Shown here piece by piece: positions 60,867 to 64,000 of a stretch of DNA of 64,000 nucleotides (position 1 is the first letter of the stretch; each line of letters begins with the position of its first letter). The position numbers and the translations under genes are program-made. This stretch comes from Chthonomonadales bacterium (GTDB lineage: Bacteria > Armatimonadota > Chthonomonadetes > Chthonomonadales > CAJBBX01): positions 32,700 through 96,699 of the forward strand of contig JBBIPC010000014.1 of the NCBI GenBank assembly GCA_037443035.1, written 5' to 3'. The notes under the pieces are model-generated. The model was not told where the DNA came from, did no database searches, and saw only the letters and a program-made list of their open reading frames with translations.

Positions 60867-61099
60867 CGTCAGCAGACAGTGAAACGCAAGCTACACCAAA
60901 CCGCCCGATCTAACGGGGCTTCGCATGGTAAGAACCGCCGCTAGGTTCGTCGGCCTCCCATTGTGATCAGAACAAGTGCTCTCCGTCAACAGCACGTTCA
61001 CTCGACGGGGCTCTCGCATCGTGTGCGGCTCGTCTGCCAACACAAAGCCCAAGAATACTCTGAGCAACAGGAAGGAAAAACGACAGCGACATCCGAATC

Positions 61100-61130
61100 T
61101 ATAGTACGGGTATTGTGACAGCTTGCACAA
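61100..61130 (+). promoter_or_regulatory. -10 element TATAGT followed by Rex-like operator TTGTGACAGCTTGCACAA
   Basis: 18-bp site at 61113-61130 matches TTGTGAAnnnnTTCACAA at 12 of 14 defined positions. Confidence 0.7.
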
Positions 61131-61144
61131 GGAGGAAGGATTCC

Positions 61145-62458
61145 TTGAGAAGACAGGTGGTGTACGGACTCTACGGAGTATCGGCCCTTTGCATGGCACT
61201 AGTGCTCATTCTTGCTGGAGGGGAAGCCGGCCTGGCCCAGGCGAAGAAGACGCCTCCGAAGCCGATCGCTGACCCGACCTGTGTGAACTGCCATAAGATG
61301 ACGACGCCGGGAATCGTCGAGGACTACATGTTGAGCAGACATCGGCAGGTCATGGTGGGATGCGCCACTTGCCACGGCAACGAGCACAATGGGCCGTCCA
61401 ACGTTGCGAAGGCCAAAATCCCTACCGCTGATACCTGCGCCCAGTGCCACCCTCAGCGCGTAGAGCAGTTCAAGAAGGGGAAGCACGCGCTGGCATGGGC
61501 TGCGATGAAGGCCATGCCGACGATCCACTTCCAGCCCATGGCGCTCACCGAAGGTATGAAGGGTTGCGGCGGGTGTCACAAGATCGGTTTGAAGAGCGAG
61601 GAGGAGATCAAACAGCTCAAGAGCGAGGGACAACGGTACGGCCTCGCATCGTGCGATGCTTGCCATACCCGCCACACGTTCTCGCTGGCAGAGGCGCGCC
61701 AGCCGCAGTCCTGCCAGACGTGCCACATGGGGTTCGATCATCCGCAGTGGGAAATGTACTCGGCGTCCAAGCACGGAGTACGCTACCTGCTCAAACAGAG
61801 CAAGACACTGCCTGCTAGCGCCTCTGCGCCGACATGTCAGGCGTGCCATATGCCGCAGGGCGACCATGGGGTAGACACTGCCTGGGGCTTTCTCGCTGTA
61901 CGTCTCCCCATGCCGGAGGACAAGGAGTGGGCCGCGGACCGCGCGACGATACTCCAGGGCCTGGGGGTGCTGGATCCCGATGGCAAGCCTACGGCGCGGT
62001 TGGATGTGGTCAAGGCGGCCAACGTAGCCAAGCTGACCCAGGAGGCATGGCAGGCGAAACGAGATCAGATGGTGAACGCCTGCAGCCAATGTCATTCTCG
62101 CCAGTTCGCCCAGAGCCAGCTCAAGAAAGGCGACGACATGATCCGGGAGGCGGACAAGCTCATGGCCCAGGGCATCCGGCTCGTTGCTGGGCTCTACAAG
62201 GACGGCGTCATCCAGAGACCGGCGCACTACGCATATCCATTCCCTGATCTGCTTGCCTTCCACGATGCCACCACCGAAGTGGAGCAGGTGCTCTTCAGGA
62301 TGTTCCTGGAGCACCGTATGCGCGCCTTCCAGGGCACGTTCCACGCCAATCCCGACTACGCTCTCTGGTACGGCTGGAGCGAGATGGTCCAGGACCTGAC
62401 GAAGATCAAAGAGCTATCCGCATCCATGCGTCGGGCCAAGGGGCTGCCTGCGGAATAG
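61145..62458 (+). CDS. Octaheme cytochrome c, hydroxylamine oxidoreductase (HAO)-like family
   Basis: Signal peptide; 8 CxxCH; CHTRHTFS, CHMGFDHPQWEMY..SKHG, HANPDY. Confidence 0.9.
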   Translation: MRRQVVYGLYGVSALCMALVLILAGGEAGLAQAKKTPPKPIADPTCVNCHKMTTPGIVEDYMLSRHRQVMVGCATCHGNEHNGPSNVAKAKIPTADTCAQCHPQRVEQFKKGKHALAWAAMKAMPTIHFQPMALTEGMKGCGGCHKIGLKSEEEIKQLKSEGQRYGLASCDACHTRHTFSLAEARQPQSCQTCHMGFDHPQWEMYSASKHGVRYLLKQSKTLPASASAPTCQACHMPQGDHGVDTAWGFLAVRLPMPEDKEWAADRATILQGLGVLDPDGKPTARLDVVKAANVAKLTQEAWQAKRDQMVNACSQCHSRQFAQSQLKKGDDMIREADKLMAQGIRLVAGLYKDGVIQRPAHYAYPFPDLLAFHDATTEVEQVLFRMFLEHRMRAFQGTFHANPDYALWYGWSEMVQDLTKIKELSASMRRAKGLPAE

Positions 62459-62545
62459 GTCCTCTGGAGTGCCGAACGACGTCCCTCTGTCGGGTCTCTC
62501 GGCAGAGAGCCGTCTAGCCAATGGCGACAGAGGGCAGGCTGGGAC

Positions 62546-62574
62546 TTGCTCAGGACACGTTTGTGTGCTAGAAT
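62546..62574 (+). promoter_or_regulatory. tRNA promoter TTGCTC-17-TAGAAT (extended -10)
   Basis: Hexamers at 62546-62551 and 62569-62574. Confidence 0.7.
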
Positions 62575-62586
62575 AGGGACGATCGC

Positions 62587-62681
62587 GGAGAGATGGCTGA
62601 GTGGTCGAAAGCGGCCGCCTGCTAAGCGGTTGTAGGGGTGTTAAGCTCCTACCCCGGGTTCGAATCCCGGTCTCTCCGCCA
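62587..62681 (+). tRNA. tRNA-Ser (GCT)
   Basis: GGAGAGA/TCTCTCC acceptor stem, CT-GCT-AA anticodon loop, long variable arm, GGTTCGAATCC, encoded CCA. Confidence 0.97.
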
Positions 62682-62787
62682 GAGTATGTTGATCAGGACA
62701 GGTTAGGGCGCGAGGGATAGCGGCAGGTTGGCGCGGCCCTCGCGCTTTGTATTCGCAGCAGACGCTGTGTTGGCGGACGATGATGGT

Positions 62788-63873
62788 ATGAAGCGTTACA
62801 TGGGGCGCATGGGTCTTGGCGGCGCACGGGCGGTCCTGCTGGTATGCGTGGGGCTAGCCCTATCAGCGCGTGTCGGCGCCACACCGGTAAGCGAATACCT
62901 CAACCTCCGGCGTCAGCTAGGTTACAATGCTCGTTTGAGCTACAGCGCGGTCGCTGCAGATTGGTCCTCATACATGGGTGCGGTGCTCGAGATCCGAGGC
63001 CGACTGAACGGATACATACAGGGCGAAAAGGCGCTGACGTTCATGCTGACGCTCGATGATGGGACCGCCGTAACCCTCACTGCCACTTCGTCCGACGCAT
63101 CTTTCCTCATGCGACCAACCACCGGAGCTCTGCGTGTTCTCGTGCGCGTTCGGGACGGCATTCTTGGCAACGTTGTACCGCTGGAGACGCTGGCTGTAAC
63201 AGATGACGCCGAGGTGACCTATCGAGAACGCGTGGCCTTGGAGGCCGAACAGCGCCGCCAGGCGGCCAAGCGCCGTTCAGCATCGAGGCACATTCCCGCG
63301 ACGAGCGGCTTGAGACTCCGCCCGTTGGCCGGAGCGACAGCCGGTCTGTCAGAAATGGCATTGCGGTACCTGACGCCAGAAGCCCAGTCGATCTATCCCG
63401 CGTACTACGCTTTCATAGCGAACCACAACAAGCGGCTCTCGCCGCAAGAGGCAGACGCCATCGCCGTCAGTATCCTCTATTTTGCCCACAGGCACCGCGT
63501 GGACCCGCGGTTGATCGTTGCCATGATCATCGCTGAGTCGGACTTCGACCCTCGGAGCACGTCCCACAAGGGCGCCATGGGGCTCGGGCAGGTCATGCCC
63601 GATGAAGCACGCGCGTTCGGACTGCGTAACCCCTACGATCCCATCGAGAACGTGCGAGCGTCGGTGAACATGCTACGGATGAAGTTGGACATGTTCCGCG
63701 AGCGTGGTGTGCCTGAAGGGCAGATGACTATGCGTCAGATCGCACTGGCCATGGCAGCGTACAACGCAGGTGCGGGCGCCGTCAAACGATACGGTGGCGT
63801 GCCCCCCTATCGCGAGACGCAACGTTACGTCCAGCGCGTCATCACGCTCTACAACCGCCTCTGCGGCCGTTAG
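62788..63873 (+). CDS. Lytic transglycosylase (SLT domain)
   Basis: IIAESDF..SHKGAMGLGQVMP, AAYNAG, PPYRETQRYV. Confidence 0.93.
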   Translation: MKRYMGRMGLGGARAVLLVCVGLALSARVGATPVSEYLNLRRQLGYNARLSYSAVAADWSSYMGAVLEIRGRLNGYIQGEKALTFMLTLDDGTAVTLTATSSDASFLMRPTTGALRVLVRVRDGILGNVVPLETLAVTDDAEVTYRERVALEAEQRRQAAKRRSASRHIPATSGLRLRPLAGATAGLSEMALRYLTPEAQSIYPAYYAFIANHNKRLSPQEADAIAVSILYFAHRHRVDPRLIVAMIIAESDFDPRSTSHKGAMGLGQVMPDEARAFGLRNPYDPIENVRASVNMLRMKLDMFRERGVPEGQMTMRQIALAMAAYNAGAGAVKRYGGVPPYRETQRYVQRVITLYNRLCGR

Positions 63874-63981
63874 CGCGCGCCCATCCCTCCCCGCCGAGCG
63901 ATACAGGCCCGTCCATCGCAGCCCGGCGACGCAAGCCCGGCCATGGCAGCCCGGCAATGAATTGCCGGTCTGGGATCACGA

Positions 63982-63999
63982 AACCCACGTTCGTGGGTT
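63982..63999. repeat. Perfect palindrome at window edge (REP-like or IS200/IS605-end-like)
   Basis: AACCCACG-TT-CGTGGGTT. Confidence 0.4.
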
Positions 64000-64000
64000 G

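Noticed and set aside
60961..60978. Second Rex box (TTGTGATCAGAACAAGTG)
   Set aside because: Only the left half-site matches and the spacing is wrong.
62587..62681. tRNA-Ser as an island integration site
   Set aside because: No integrase and no duplicated tRNA 3' end noticed in the window.
1..64000. CRISPR array, prophage, rRNA, known riboswitches
   Set aside because: No regularly spaced repeats, phage genes or recognisable consensus seen by eye; an Rfam/CRISPR scan would be needed to exclude weak cases.

Overview
A GC-rich bacterial chromosomal window. The DUF1559/H-X9-DG prepilin-like gene and the many uncharacterised glycan-active, TPR and FAD proteins suggest Armatimonadota, but this is inference. 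Housekeeping and metabolic genes include a folM-like SDR, folB, htpX, murB, rex, nadB, rtcB, a cysteine desulfidase-like gene, an acetylxylan esterase, a Pif1-like helicase, tRNA-Ser(GCT) and a lytic transglycosylase. The most notable block is a ~12 kb island at ~25746-37981, marked on the left by a ~100-bp transposase remnant. It holds nhaA plus a single minus-strand run: arsR-arsP-small Trx-DGC-DUF6951-Trx-Trx-ccdA-octaheme cytochrome c-exported nitroreductase-arsR-arsM-acr3-(Trx-like domain::ArsC fusion). Two of its genes look damaged: the cytochrome has an in-frame TAA, and one thioredoxin has a frameshifted 5' end. A second, intact HAO-type octaheme cytochrome near the right end has a Rex-like operator over its predicted transcription start, and rex is in the window. 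No CRISPR array, rRNA, prophage or intact transposase was seen. All calls come from reading motifs by eye; no database search was run.
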